Below, piece by piece: positions 34,283 to 43,811 of a DNA stretch of 64,000 bases. Made by a program: the position numbers and the translations under genes. This stretch comes from an uncultured Christensenellaceae bacterium (lineage in GTDB: Bacteria; Bacillota; Clostridia; Christensenellales; CAG-1252). The notes below the pieces were generated by a model. That model worked only from the letters and a program-made list of their open reading frames with translations, was not told the origin of the DNA and ran no database searches. Numbering within the stretch: the stretch's first letter is position 1; the number at the start of each line of letters is the position of its first letter. The stretch is taken from the NCBI GenBank assembly GCA_964391805.1, contig CAYMNK010000005.1:96979-160978 (forward strand), in the 5' to 3' direction.

Positions 34283-36540
34283 TGAAACGACAAAAAATCG
34301 AAATAAAAACGATAATAGAATGGGTGATAATAACCGCGCTTATGTTGATTCTATCATATGCGCGTATTTTCGGAAATGTAAGCACTCTTGCTATAGCGTT
34401 ATTTGTGGGGTTGGCATATAATCGAAAGAATATACTTGTTCTAACACCCATTCTGCTTTTATCAAATGTTTTGTTCGCATCGGTATGGCAAACCGTTGTA
34501 ATATCTCTATCACCTTGTGTGCTTTTCATTTTCGCCTATCTAATTACGCGAAAACTAAAAAAACGAATCAAACCACATCATGCCGTTGAGTTGACCGCGT
34601 TATCGCTTACTCCTTTATTCTTCATATACGGTTTAAGTGCCGAAACTGCCCTTTGGGCATTTTTAAGCATTGTGATTACATCTTTTTTGGCGTATTGCAG
34701 TATTACCGTGTGTTACCTTATATTCATAAAGGGAATCAGATATAAACTTATTCCGGTCGAAACACTATCACTTTCGTGTTTACTATTGGCACTCTCGTTA
34801 GGATTATATAGAATCAAGATATCAAATGTGTATTTAAGTGCGCCAATACTTGCATTTTTTATTGTATCAGCCGTATATCTTTTTGCCGAAAAGGGGGTAT
34901 TATTAACCATTATATGTTCTTTCTCGCCTGTTTTATCGGACGGAAACACCTCAGCTACCGTATTTATTTGTATCAGTACGGTCCTTTGTCTTTTTATTAG
35001 TCGCTATAGACGAATCTCTTTTTTGGTTATACCTTTTTTCCATTTGATAATGGGTTTAGCATTCAGTTTTTTCGAAAATTACTCCTACATAAACACAATA
35101 TTACTTTTTGTAGGCGGTGGAATATTTGCAATGTTGTCCGATAGTATTATCAATAGATTTTTATCAAGTATTGGAGTAGAGCGCGGATATGCCATGCGTA
35201 CATTGGTAAATCGAAATAGATTCGATATGTATAAAAGACTAAGTAAAGTATCCAATGTACTCAAGGAAATGTCACGAGCGGTCGCTTTTGATGATGTTAT
35301 TAATAACGAAAAAATGGAAGATATATCCTTTTTATCAAAAAAGCTTGCCGATTCGCTTTGTTTCGATTGCGATAGGCGAATGGAGTGTGAAAGAATGTTG
35401 ACCGCCTCAACCGCTTCTGCCACTCGTGATTTGATATCGAATGCTATAAAAAACGGAAGGGTAAGCATACTTGAAATGCCTCCTTTTTTGGTGGAGTATT
35501 GTGCAAAAAGTTCTAAAATGTTGGTTTCTTGCAAGGAAATGCTCGAGAATTATGCAGTAAGAAAAGAATTAACCGAAAGTGTCGGTACATGTAGAACTTT
35601 ATTATCCGAACAAATAAACGGATTATCGGGAATGATAGACGGCTTTGCCTCCGAAATCAAACAGGCAGTTGCTTTCGACCCCGAAAAAGAACGTGAGTTG
35701 ACAGAAGCTTTGTCGGCAGTTAACATCATAGCGTCCGAAGCAATCATTTATCGGGGTAGCGATTGCAGAAGTCTTGTAATAAGTGTTAGAGAACAAGACG
35801 AAGTTAAACCTGCACTCATGTCCAATATCGAAAAAGTGCTGGGTAAAATGGTCAAAAGCGATAGAACACAGGGGAAAGGTGTTGTCAATTTAACCTTTGT
35901 TGATGCACCGAGATATGACCTTACCTACGGCGTCAGTGCAAAAAGCAAAGATGCAACCTCTAACGGTGATGCGTTTTCGGTTGTAAAACTTTCCACCGAT
36001 AAAGTGATGTTTGCCATTTGTGACGGAATGGGGAGCGGAAAAGATGCAAGCGAAACGAGCGGTAGGGCGATAGCGTTGGTTGAAGCGTTCTATAAAGCAG
36101 GAATCGACGAAAACGGCGTACTGTCACTTATCAATAAACTGCTGTCAGCAAGAGGTGGCGAGAATTTTTCCGCTCTCGATATATGTGTTGTCAATCTAAG
36201 AAGGGGAACAGCCGATTTTATTAAACTCGGTGGAGTTGAAAGCGTTATATTAGGTTCAGGCACTTCCGATATTATCGAAGGCGGGGCACTACCTTTGGGA
36301 ATTCTCGAAACTGTCAAACCTAAGGTAGCGAGAAAGAGTGTAACAAACGGTGATATGATTGTTATGTTTAGTGACGGCATAACCGATTCGATAGGCTCGG
36401 ACGGCGTGATAAGAATAGGAGAGCAATCCAAAACCAATAATCCCGAACGCCTTGCCGAATCGATTATCGAAGATTCGGAATTTGTGGGGCACGCCGACGA
36501 TAAAACCGTGTTATGCATCAAAATATTTAATAGAATTTGA
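34282..36540 (+). CDS. spoIIE: stage II sporulation protein E (polytopic membrane PP2C phosphatase)
   Basis: About 10 N-terminal TM helices, a central region, and a C-terminal PP2C domain (NGDAFSV, CDGMGSG, MFSDGI, DDKTV). The ATG overlaps the minE stop (TGATG). Confidence 0.88.
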   Translation: MKRQKIEIKTIIEWVIITALMLILSYARIFGNVSTLAIALFVGLAYNRKNILVLTPILLLSNVLFASVWQTVVISLSPCVLFIFAYLITRKLKKRIKPHHAVELTALSLTPLFFIYGLSAETALWAFLSIVITSFLAYCSITVCYLIFIKGIRYKLIPVETLSLSCLLLALSLGLYRIKISNVYLSAPILAFFIVSAVYLFAEKGVLLTIICSFSPVLSDGNTSATVFICISTVLCLFISRYRRISFLVIPFFHLIMGLAFSFFENYSYINTILLFVGGGIFAMLSDSIINRFLSSIGVERGYAMRTLVNRNRFDMYKRLSKVSNVLKEMSRAVAFDDVINNEKMEDISFLSKKLADSLCFDCDRRMECERMLTASTASATRDLISNAIKNGRVSILEMPPFLVEYCAKSSKMLVSCKEMLENYAVRKELTESVGTCRTLLSEQINGLSGMIDGFASEIKQAVAFDPEKERELTEALSAVNIIASEAIIYRGSDCRSLVISVREQDEVKPALMSNIEKVLGKMVKSDRTQGKGVVNLTFVDAPRYDLTYGVSAKSKDATSNGDAFSVVKLSTDKVMFAICDGMGSGKDASETSGRAIALVEAFYKAGIDENGVLSLINKLLSARGGENFSALDICVVNLRRGTADFIKLGGVESVILGSGTSDIIEGGALPLGILETVKPKVARKSVTNGDMIVMFSDGITDSIGSDGVIRIGEQSKTNNPERLAESIIEDSEFVGHADDKTVLCIKIFNRI

Positions 36541-36604
36541 TCATTTTATAGATATTTTAGATAAATTAATATAATAAAGCGATAAAAAGTTGTATAATGT
36601 AATT

Positions 36605-39600
36605 ATGAAAAAGTTTTCCGCTTTATTATTGATATGCTGTATACTTTTGATGCTTACCTTGTCGGTAGGCCTTTTCGGTTGTATTTCTAAAGTTACAGTC
36701 ACCGTTACAATAGAGGGCGAAGCATATAGGGGAGCAGTTTGTCCTATTTACGCTACAATCAAAGGTACCGACGAATATATCGACGTGCAGTTTGAAATTC
36801 TCGAAGATTACAACTGGGTATCTATAAACGGAAACGAATTACTTTTCACAAAAAATGCTACAGTGGGAGCGACCGTAACTGTTAAAGCCACTATCGACGG
36901 TTACGAGGGACAAAAAACAGTTACCGTCGGACACACCCCTATAAACGGCTTAGAAATAGAAAAAATACCCGTTTTATCCGCCGGTGAAAGTTATAAGCTG
37001 ACCATAATTACCGATCCGTTTTATGCCGACGATGCCGAAATTACTTACAAATTGGTTTCGGGAGAAAACGTTGCAACAGTTCGCGACGACATTCTATATA
37101 TCGCAAACGACGCTAACTACACAGACGATATACGAATTGTCGCACAATCAGGGGACAAGACAAGCGAAACCATTTTTGTTAAAATCTCTACCGTACAACC
37201 CGAAACTCTCGAATTAGTTTCCGATAAATACACGTTAAAACGGGGAGAACAAGCTAAAATAAGTTGTATAGTTACTCCAAGCAATTGCACGTTAGGCACA
37301 GCCGAATTGATAGTACCCGAAAGCGAATATTATTCATATAATCCGCTCGGTATTCTTACCGTAAAGGATACCGCTCCCGAAGGTGAAATCGAAATTATTG
37401 CTAAATTAGGAGCATTGACGAAAAGTATCAAATTACAAATCGTCAAAACGCCCGTGGAAAAAATAGAATTTACCTCATCTAAAAATGGTTGTCTTCGCAT
37501 AGGGGATAAAGTCGACTTTTTTGCACAAGCATTCCCCGATAATGCAACCTACAACGAGATTACGGTGGAAGCGATTTTAGGCGCAGAATATATCGATTTT
37601 AATCCGACAACGTTTACCGTAACTACCGCAGAAGTTGGTAAAAAGATTACGCTATATGCGCATGCCGACGGCGTCGGTGCATATCTATCGTTTGAAACGG
37701 TTGCCGTAAATGTCGAAGATATATCGATAACCTTTGACGGCTCGGTATCGGTAACGGTAGGTAGCGAGCGTGAATTGAACTGCACCGTCAAACCGTCAAA
37801 TGCAACCTATGGAGACGTCACTTTGTCAATATCGAGGGGCAACGAATATGCAAGGATCGATGGTAATAAGATAATGTTTGAAGCCATATCCGATACATTG
37901 ACCGAAGTAGAAATATCGGCAACCGCGGATGGGATCACTCGCACGGTAACGTTTTATGTTGTTCCTGTGCCTGTCGAAAGAATCGAACTTAGTACAAAAG
38001 ATGCTACTACCGAGTTAAAATCAAATGATACCGTGACTTTCGATGCAGTAATATTCCCATCAAACGCCACCTATAATGATATACAATTCCGATTCGAATC
38101 GGGAGAGCAACTTGGATTTTTTGTAGGAAATACATTCAAAGTCAATGATCCTACCGAGCGCGGACGTGTCGTGATATTTGCGGAATCACGCGACGGAATT
38201 AGAAGCAATTCCATAACTCTCGAAATCTTTGGAAATATAACCGTCCTCACTCCCAATTCTTGGTCCGAATTAGATAACTCGCCAACTTTATTGGACAATT
38301 CCGAATCGGTACGCATCAATTTTAGCGAATTAAAATCCGATGCAGATTATACCACTCTGATAATATCGGATGATGTCGAATATCTCGAGTTAATAGGTAA
38401 CTACGACGGAAACGACTATATAATCAGCAATTTAAGTTTTTATTTTTTGACTACCGACAGCGTTTACGTAAGATTCGAAAACTTCGCAATAGACAATAAC
38501 GGCGGTTTTAGCGATTATGTTATAGACTTCGGTAACGTTGCTACAATAACACTTGAGATAGTCGGAAAAAATTATATCAAGGCATCTTCTGTGTATAAAC
38601 CAAACACATCAGGATTTATGGTGAACGGCGCATTTGCCGGTGAAAATACCGATTATATTCGCAAAAACGGTATGAATGGTTTCAACGGAACCGATGGCGG
38701 AACTGCAATTAACGCTAAAAATATTGAGATTATAGGTACCGGCAACCTTGAATTGGTGGCAGGAAGCGGTTCAAACGGGACCGACGGAACAAACGGCGCC
38801 GATGCTTCGGGTAAAACTTTTGCAGGTAACGGTGGTGACGGCGGTTCGGGTGGTAATTCAGGTTACGCTTTAACATGCGAAACCTTTGTTTGTAACATCG
38901 AAGGCAAACTTATCCTCTCGGGTGCAAACGGAGCGCTCGCAGGAAAGGGCGGTAAAGGCGGAATCGCAAACGACGGATATTCGGGAAGTGACGGAATTGA
39001 CGGATCAGATGGTATCGCACGAAATCCGCTTTTGGCAACGGTTAAAGCGGAATATGTTACCGATAACTACACGATAACGCTTGGCAATGTGGTTGGAAAC
39101 TCAGCCGTTAGAGTGTTCGTTTTTGACGAATTTGCCGATATGCTAAGTAAGTATTATAAGATAGACGTTCATTACGGTACCGACCTCAATAATCCGCATA
39201 GTCAATTCAAAATGGTTGAACTAACGTCTGCTGTCGAAATAAACAGAATGCTTTCCGCTCTGGATTATGCGCTTCAAACATTCCCGAAAAATCTGTATAT
39301 TGAAATGGCTCAGGCTTCTAAAAAAGATATCGATATATATATCGTTCAATCTATCACTAAAAATTCATCGGAAGTATACGGATTGACGTCGGACGCAAAC
39401 AATGTATGGTTCGAAACATTCGACACGAGATTAAGGGGTATATATTACAGCACTCCGTATAATATAATGATTCACGAATTACTGCACGTATTGACTTATA
39501 ATCTTGACGATGCAACGAATAGTGCACTCAAAAAGACGTTGCCGTCATACAATCTTAACTATAGTTACAAAACTAATTCGTTGGGCGTATATGATCCTAC

Positions 39601-39832
39601 CAACGGATATGACGAGGATAATTCGGTATTTTTGTGTAAATATAGTAAGTCGAGCTACAGCGAAGATGTAAGCGATAATTTGAGTATGATTGCGATGTTG
39701 CCCAATAAGGCGAAGTATCTTGAGGAAAATAAACCGCTAAATTTGAAGGTTCAATACATTACATCGGTTTATGTCGGACATTATTCAACGTTATCGGATA
39801 GAACCGAATTCAGGTGGAATAGATTTATTTAA
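36605..39832 (+). CDS. surface lipoprotein: multiple Big_2-like Ig repeats, a Gly/Asp/Asn-rich low-complexity region and a C-terminal HExxH zincin-like domain
   Basis: Start moved to ATG 36605 (MKKFSALLL...LFGC lipobox). The segment has repeated ~85-aa modules of the form V.P.NAT. The low-complexity stretch is GSGSNGTDGTNGADASG...GGDGGSGGNSG. The zincin motif is IMIHELLHVLTY. Confidence 0.75.
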   Translation: MKKFSALLLICCILLMLTLSVGLFGCISKVTVTVTIEGEAYRGAVCPIYATIKGTDEYIDVQFEILEDYNWVSINGNELLFTKNATVGATVTVKATIDGYEGQKTVTVGHTPINGLEIEKIPVLSAGESYKLTIITDPFYADDAEITYKLVSGENVATVRDDILYIANDANYTDDIRIVAQSGDKTSETIFVKISTVQPETLELVSDKYTLKRGEQAKISCIVTPSNCTLGTAELIVPESEYYSYNPLGILTVKDTAPEGEIEIIAKLGALTKSIKLQIVKTPVEKIEFTSSKNGCLRIGDKVDFFAQAFPDNATYNEITVEAILGAEYIDFNPTTFTVTTAEVGKKITLYAHADGVGAYLSFETVAVNVEDISITFDGSVSVTVGSERELNCTVKPSNATYGDVTLSISRGNEYARIDGNKIMFEAISDTLTEVEISATADGITRTVTFYVVPVPVERIELSTKDATTELKSNDTVTFDAVIFPSNATYNDIQFRFESGEQLGFFVGNTFKVNDPTERGRVVIFAESRDGIRSNSITLEIFGNITVLTPNSWSELDNSPTLLDNSESVRINFSELKSDADYTTLIISDDVEYLELIGNYDGNDYIISNLSFYFLTTDSVYVRFENFAIDNNGGFSDYVIDFGNVATITLEIVGKNYIKASSVYKPNTSGFMVNGAFAGENTDYIRKNGMNGFNGTDGGTAINAKNIEIIGTGNLELVAGSGSNGTDGTNGADASGKTFAGNGGDGGSGGNSGYALTCETFVCNIEGKLILSGANGALAGKGGKGGIANDGYSGSDGIDGSDGIARNPLLATVKAEYVTDNYTITLGNVVGNSAVRVFVFDEFADMLSKYYKIDVHYGTDLNNPHSQFKMVELTSAVEINRMLSALDYALQTFPKNLYIEMAQASKKDIDIYIVQSITKNSSEVYGLTSDANNVWFETFDTRLRGIYYSTPYNIMIHELLHVLTYNLDDATNSALKKTLPSYNLNYSYKTNSLGVYDPTNGYDEDNSVFLCKYSKSSYSEDVSDNLSMIAMLPNKAKYLEENKPLNLKVQYITSVYVGHYSTLSDRTEFRWNRFI

Positions 39833-39850
39833 AAGTAATTAAAAAATTAT

Positions 39851-39883
39851 ACTCGGCGAAATGTTTGTCTGCTTTCGCCGAGT
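39851..39883 (-). terminator. terminator for the collagen-like gene (minus strand)
   Basis: An 11-bp stem actcggcgaaa/tttcgccgagt. On the minus strand it is followed by ataaTTTTTT. Confidence 0.6.
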
Positions 39884-39885
39884 TG

Positions 39886-39913
39886 CCGTGTACCGTCGGT
39901 ATGCGGTTTTTTT
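39886..39913 (+). terminator. terminator for the 1075-aa lipoprotein gene (plus strand)
   Basis: A 9-bp stem ccgtgtacc/ggtatgcgg with two G.U pairs, loop gtc, then a T7 run. Confidence 0.65.
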
Positions 39914-39914
39914 C

Positions 39915-40547
39915 TTAAGTGTTCAATAAAGCGATGGTTATGCTTGAATTAGTCAAAGAGAGTGTCGAATCGGTGGGATTGTTGAGTTGAATCGTTGCGT
40001 TCGACGGAATATTGAGTAATATAGTTTTAGATACACAAGCCAAGTTACCTGCTGTGGTGACCTCAGATATTTTGGTGTTGGCAACCTCTGTTCCGTTCAT
40101 ATATAGAGTTACTCCGAATGTAGTACCCGCGCTTGTTCCTGTTGCACCATATGATACCATATATATTCCTGCGGTCGGAACAGTAACAGTATTGCCCTCA
40201 TAGGTTATATCGGTGTCCGATGTAGCAACTGTAACGGTAAACGGAATATTAGCGCCTGCCACTACAGTACCGTCTGTAGACTCTACATAGCGAGCATTGG
40301 CAATGCCTTGAGCGCCAGTCGCACCTGTTGCGCCTGTTGCACCTGTTGCTCCGGTAGCGCCAGTTGCTCCGGTAGCACCTTGAGGGCCTTGTGGCCCCAT
40401 TATTCCCTGTGGACCTTGGGGGCCTTGCGGTCCTACAGGACCTTGCGGACCTGGAATACCAACAACAGTGGGTCTTGGTCTTCTATCACAGCAATTATTG
40501 TTATTGTTGTTGCAAGGACAGCCGTTCCCAAAAATGAAATTACACAT
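39915..40547 (-). CDS. collagen-like triple-helix repeat protein with a BclA/C1q-like C-terminal domain and a Cys/Asn-rich N-terminus (putative spore-surface protein)
   Basis: There are 17 uninterrupted G-X-Y triplets, [31 protein letters not shown](ATG)6AQG. A ~125-aa beta-rich Thr/Asn/Val tail follows. The N-terminus is [21 protein letters not shown]. Confidence 0.8.
   Translation of the reverse strand: MCNFIFGNGCPCNNNNNNCCDRRPRPTVVGIPGPQGPVGPQGPQGPQGIMGPQGPQGATGATGATGATGATGATGATGAQGIANARYVESTDGTVVAGANIPFTVTVATSDTDITYEGNTVTVPTAGIYMVSYGATGTSAGTTFGVTLYMNGTEVANTKISEVTTAGNLACVSKTILLNIPSNATIQLNNPTDSTLSLTNSSITIALLNT
40305..40460 (-). repeat. coding 9-bp-periodic G-X-Y repeat tract inside the collagen-like gene
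   Basis: The plus strand reads gcacctgttgcgcctgttgcacctgttgctccggtagcgccagttgctccggtagcacc..., an imperfect GGN-GCN-ACN periodicity. Confidence 0.85.
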
Positions 40548-40639
40548 TAATCTCTATTCATCCTCCGTATTTAATTTGCCTTAGGCTTAATACATATTAT
40601 GAATAATACGCAAACATCTGTGATAAAAATGGGTGATTT

Positions 40640-41040
40640 ATTTAATGGAATTTCGTCCGCAAGATTATATGTCATCCTGAGCAAAATCGAGGAATCTAAT
40701 TCCTTGTTTATAAGGATTTTAGATTCCAATGCTTCGCATTGCCCTATCGGGTTCGACTACAGGCTACGCCTTTCGCTCAGTATGACATTATTGGACGTTT
40801 AGAATGTCATTAACAATATGTGCGTTATCGTCCGCATCAATCAAAAATTCATATAACGGCGGACAAAAATCCGCTTTTATAATTTGGATTAAGATACTGC
40901 AAGGCAAGCCTTGCACTGCTTCGCAGTTCGACTTCGGTCTATCGACCTACGCTCAGTATGACATTGATGGTACGGCGCTATTCAGTTCCGCTCAGTATGA
41001 CACTTGATTGTAAAGTACTTTTCTGAGTTAAGTATGACAT
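40640..41040 (+). repeat. Intergenic mosaic repeat locus R6
   Basis: Units carry caatgc-ttc-gcattg (near 40727) and tgcaaggc-aa-gccttgca (near 40897). There are four (C/T)(T/A)AGTATGACA tails and a short GTCCGC...GCGGAC-bounded element at 40826-40866. Confidence 0.9.
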
Positions 41041-41133
41041 ACAAAAATTTGACATAGTGAGATTCAGTAATGGGCAAAAAATGGTTAGAATAAACAGTTG
41101 TATTTTTTATAAACAGTTTTTTATTTTTATCTA

Positions 41134-41162
41134 TTGACTATTACAAAAAAAATGTATATAAT
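41134..41162 (+). promoter_or_regulatory. sigma-A promoter upstream of the 346-aa gene
   Basis: TTGACT (41134-41139), 17-nt spacer, TATAAT (41157-41162). The ~110-nt leader contains the hairpin gttcgtt-tcaaa-aacgaac. Confidence 0.65.
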
Positions 41163-41275
41163 GTATATAATTTAATACATTAAATTTGTCGGTGGATTTC
41201 CCTTCGGGTTATCTATCTTGTATATATGTTCGTTTCAAAAACGAACAATGCGGAATTCGAAAAAGGAGAATGGGT

Positions 41276-42316
41276 ATGCAAAATTATGTTACCGAAAAAC
41301 AACCATTGCTCAATGGCAACGGATGCATTGAAAACCCCGGATACTCTAAAGAACTCGTTTGGCAGTATTCGAGAGACGATATAAAAGCAAAGAAAAGTAG
41401 AATAAAAGAGTGGGATTATTACTATATTTCCAACGGAAGATATGCGCTATGTCTTACTATGGCTGATATGGGATATGTAGGCGCAAACTCTATTTCCGTT
41501 ATCGATTTTGCTAAGCCTTGGCAAGCTACTAATAGCGATGTTATACTTTTCCCTATGGGAAAACTCAATATGCCAACAACTTCCGCTATCGGAGATGCTT
41601 ATTGTAAAACAGGAAAATCGGAATATACATTTGAAAACGATGGTAACGAAAGACTTTTACACGGCTATTATAAAAAGTATGACAAGAAAAACGATCTTTC
41701 TTTTGAAATCGTTATTAAAAATGTTCCCAAGGAAACAATGGTTATAGCGACTCCCTTCGATAAAGAAAAATATTTCTACTATAACCAAAAAATCAATTGC
41801 ATGGTTGCAAGCGGTTGGTTTATGATAAATGAGCAAAAGTTCGTATTCGATGAAGAAGACACCCTTGCTACCCTCGATTGGGGACGCGGTGTTTGGACAT
41901 ATGACAATACTTGGTATTGGGGAAGTCTACAAACACGACTCAAAGACGGAAAAACATTCGGTTTCAATATCGGTTACGGCTTCGGTAATACCTCTGCCGC
42001 TTCTGAAAATATGCTATTTTACGATGGATCGGCTCATAAAATCGAAAATGTCGATTTCGGTATTCCTAACGATAACAAGAAGGGCGTCAATCCCGATTAT
42101 ATGCAAAAATGGCATTTTACATCGTCGGATAATAGACTTGACCTCATATTTGAACCGATTATCGACAGATATGCTCCGTTTGATTTAAAAGTAATGTGCA
42201 TGATACCTCATCAAGTGTTCGGTAGATTCCGCGGAAAGTGTATACTCAATGACGGTAAGGTTATTGAATTAGACGGTGATCTCGGATTTGCCGAAAAAGT
42301 ACATAATAAATGGTAA
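41276..42316 (+). CDS. conserved hypothetical protein, possibly DUF2804-like
   Basis: Start moved from the track's TTG 41186 to ATG 41276, 7 nt after AAAGGAG. The family assignment comes from a vague memory of its size and WDYYYI-type motif, so it is low confidence. Confidence 0.6.
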   Translation: MQNYVTEKQPLLNGNGCIENPGYSKELVWQYSRDDIKAKKSRIKEWDYYYISNGRYALCLTMADMGYVGANSISVIDFAKPWQATNSDVILFPMGKLNMPTTSAIGDAYCKTGKSEYTFENDGNERLLHGYYKKYDKKNDLSFEIVIKNVPKETMVIATPFDKEKYFYYNQKINCMVASGWFMINEQKFVFDEEDTLATLDWGRGVWTYDNTWYWGSLQTRLKDGKTFGFNIGYGFGNTSAASENMLFYDGSAHKIENVDFGIPNDNKKGVNPDYMQKWHFTSSDNRLDLIFEPIIDRYAPFDLKVMCMIPHQVFGRFRGKCILNDGKVIELDGDLGFAEKVHNKW

Positions 42317-42321
42317 TATCA

Positions 42322-42348
42322 ATGCATCCAATTCGGATGCATTTTTTT
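42322..42348 (+). terminator. rho-independent terminator
   Basis: An 8-bp stem atgcatcc/ggatgcat, loop aattc, then a T7 run. Confidence 0.85.
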
Positions 42349-42351
42349 AAC

Positions 42352-42652
42352 AAGGATTTTAGATTCCGACGCATTGCGTCGCCCTACCGGGTTCGACTAC
42401 AGACTTCGTCTTTCGCTCAGAATGACCTTATTAGACGCTTACGCTTGCCTTGAAATGGGATAGGATAGTGTCACCTATGGTGGTTCGACTTCGCTTACGC
42501 TCAGTATGACATAATCGTGGTTGTTATCGTCCGCAAGATACCAAATTGTTGCACAATTTGATTCGCACGATGTGCGAATTTCGACTACAAGGGCGCGATT
42601 AGTAATCGCCCGCATCAATCAAAAATCCATATAACGGCGGACGAGATGTGGG
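42352..42652 (+). repeat. Intergenic mosaic repeat locus R7: three forward units plus an inverted twin-hairpin fragment
   Basis: Hairpins are cgacgc-att-gcgtcg, cacc-tat-ggtg, caaattg-ttgca-caatttg and ttcgcac-gat-gtgcgaa. The fragment gggcgcgattagtaatcgcccgc is also present. Confidence 0.9.
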
Positions 42653-42655
42653 CGT

Positions 42656-43741
42656 TTAGTATTTGGTGAATTCGAATAGGAAAGCAAAATAGCCATCCTC
42701 GGTGTGAGAAAAAGTGTAGGATTGCACCCTATTTTGTGAGATTTTCGGGAGAGCATTTTCTATTATTTCGGCAAACAAATCGTCTTGCATACGAAAATAA
42801 AACGGAATTTTACCATTTTGTGTGTGATTAGCATCTATGAAGTTTAACAATGCCTTAAAGACTTCGTCGGTATTTTTAAAATATAATCCTTTTCTATAAT
42901 AATAATTATCCTTAGTAGAATTGCATTCCAAATCGGGATAATCATCTTTTTTATAATTATGGTCAAAAAGTATTTCGTCGTCTGTTACATTAAAGTACAT
43001 ATATTGAGGCTCGTCGATTCTCTTGGAATAATCTTCATCAAATGTTAGGTCCACGTGATAACAAGCTCCGTTAATCCGTACAATCAACCAGTCATGCGCC
43101 TCTTCTTCCTCGGTTTTATCGGAATAGATATTTGCTACAAGTATTCCGTGTTGTTGCAAAATATATTGCATCAATAGCGACAAACCTCCGCAAACTCCTT
43201 TTTGACGTTTCAATAAACCGACTACCGTAAAGAGTTCTCGTTGCTCTTGTCCGTTATACGATAAAAAATCATAATCATAATCGTAATCGCCTATGATGAA
43301 ATCTCGTACCGCAAGTTCAAGATCAAATTCGTCATCTATTCCGTCAAACTTATGCGATATCTCGTTAAGTTGAGTAGTAATCCGCTCTATTTCATCTTCA
43401 CTATATTCAGCCTTTCCGTCACCGATGGTGAGAAGAAAATCACGCTCGAAAGATAATTCGCTACGTGCAATATAAAACAACTCGGGCCAATCCCAAATAA
43501 CTCCGTCGTAAACCTTATCGATATCTATATAGTTATCATAATTATAGGTAAATACGGGCAAAGTTCTATCAACTTCCTCGTTTTCGGGAGTGTAAAGTAA
43601 TTCGTAAGAATAGACCGATAAATAATAAAACCTTAGTTCGCGCTTCATTATGCGTTCGACCAAAAACAAATATAATTCTTTTTCGGATGGATTCATTCGA
43701 GTATAGTTATATCTGCACTCGAGTTTATAATTATCGGTCAT
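42656..43741 (-). CDS. transglutaminase-like (Cys-His-Asp) domain protein
   Basis: KGVCGGLSLLMQYILQQHGI ... EAHDWLIVRINGACYHVDLTFD matches the G.C..f..l...llr..GI ... HaW.ev...g.W...D core pattern. Confidence 0.7.
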   Translation of the reverse strand: MTDNYKLECRYNYTRMNPSEKELYLFLVERIMKRELRFYYLSVYSYELLYTPENEEVDRTLPVFTYNYDNYIDIDKVYDGVIWDWPELFYIARSELSFERDFLLTIGDGKAEYSEDEIERITTQLNEISHKFDGIDDEFDLELAVRDFIIGDYDYDYDFLSYNGQEQRELFTVVGLLKRQKGVCGGLSLLMQYILQQHGILVANIYSDKTEEEEAHDWLIVRINGACYHVDLTFDEDYSKRIDEPQYMYFNVTDDEILFDHNYKKDDYPDLECNSTKDNYYYRKGLYFKNTDEVFKALLNFIDANHTQNGKIPFYFRMQDDLFAEIIENALPKISQNRVQSYTFSHTEDGYFAFLFEFTKY

Positions 43742-43811
43742 TGGGTTCTCCTTTTTTTTGTTTTTATAAAGGATTTTTAAAAAGCAAGTAGATAAAAACC
43801 GACTTTTAAAT

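Noticed and set aside
39915-40547. Is the collagen-like G-X-Y gene eukaryotic contamination or an assembly artefact?
   Set aside because: It has bacterial signals (GGAGG upstream, a rho-independent terminator) and a bacterial BclA-like architecture. It is embedded between bacterial genes and the same repeat family found elsewhere in the window.
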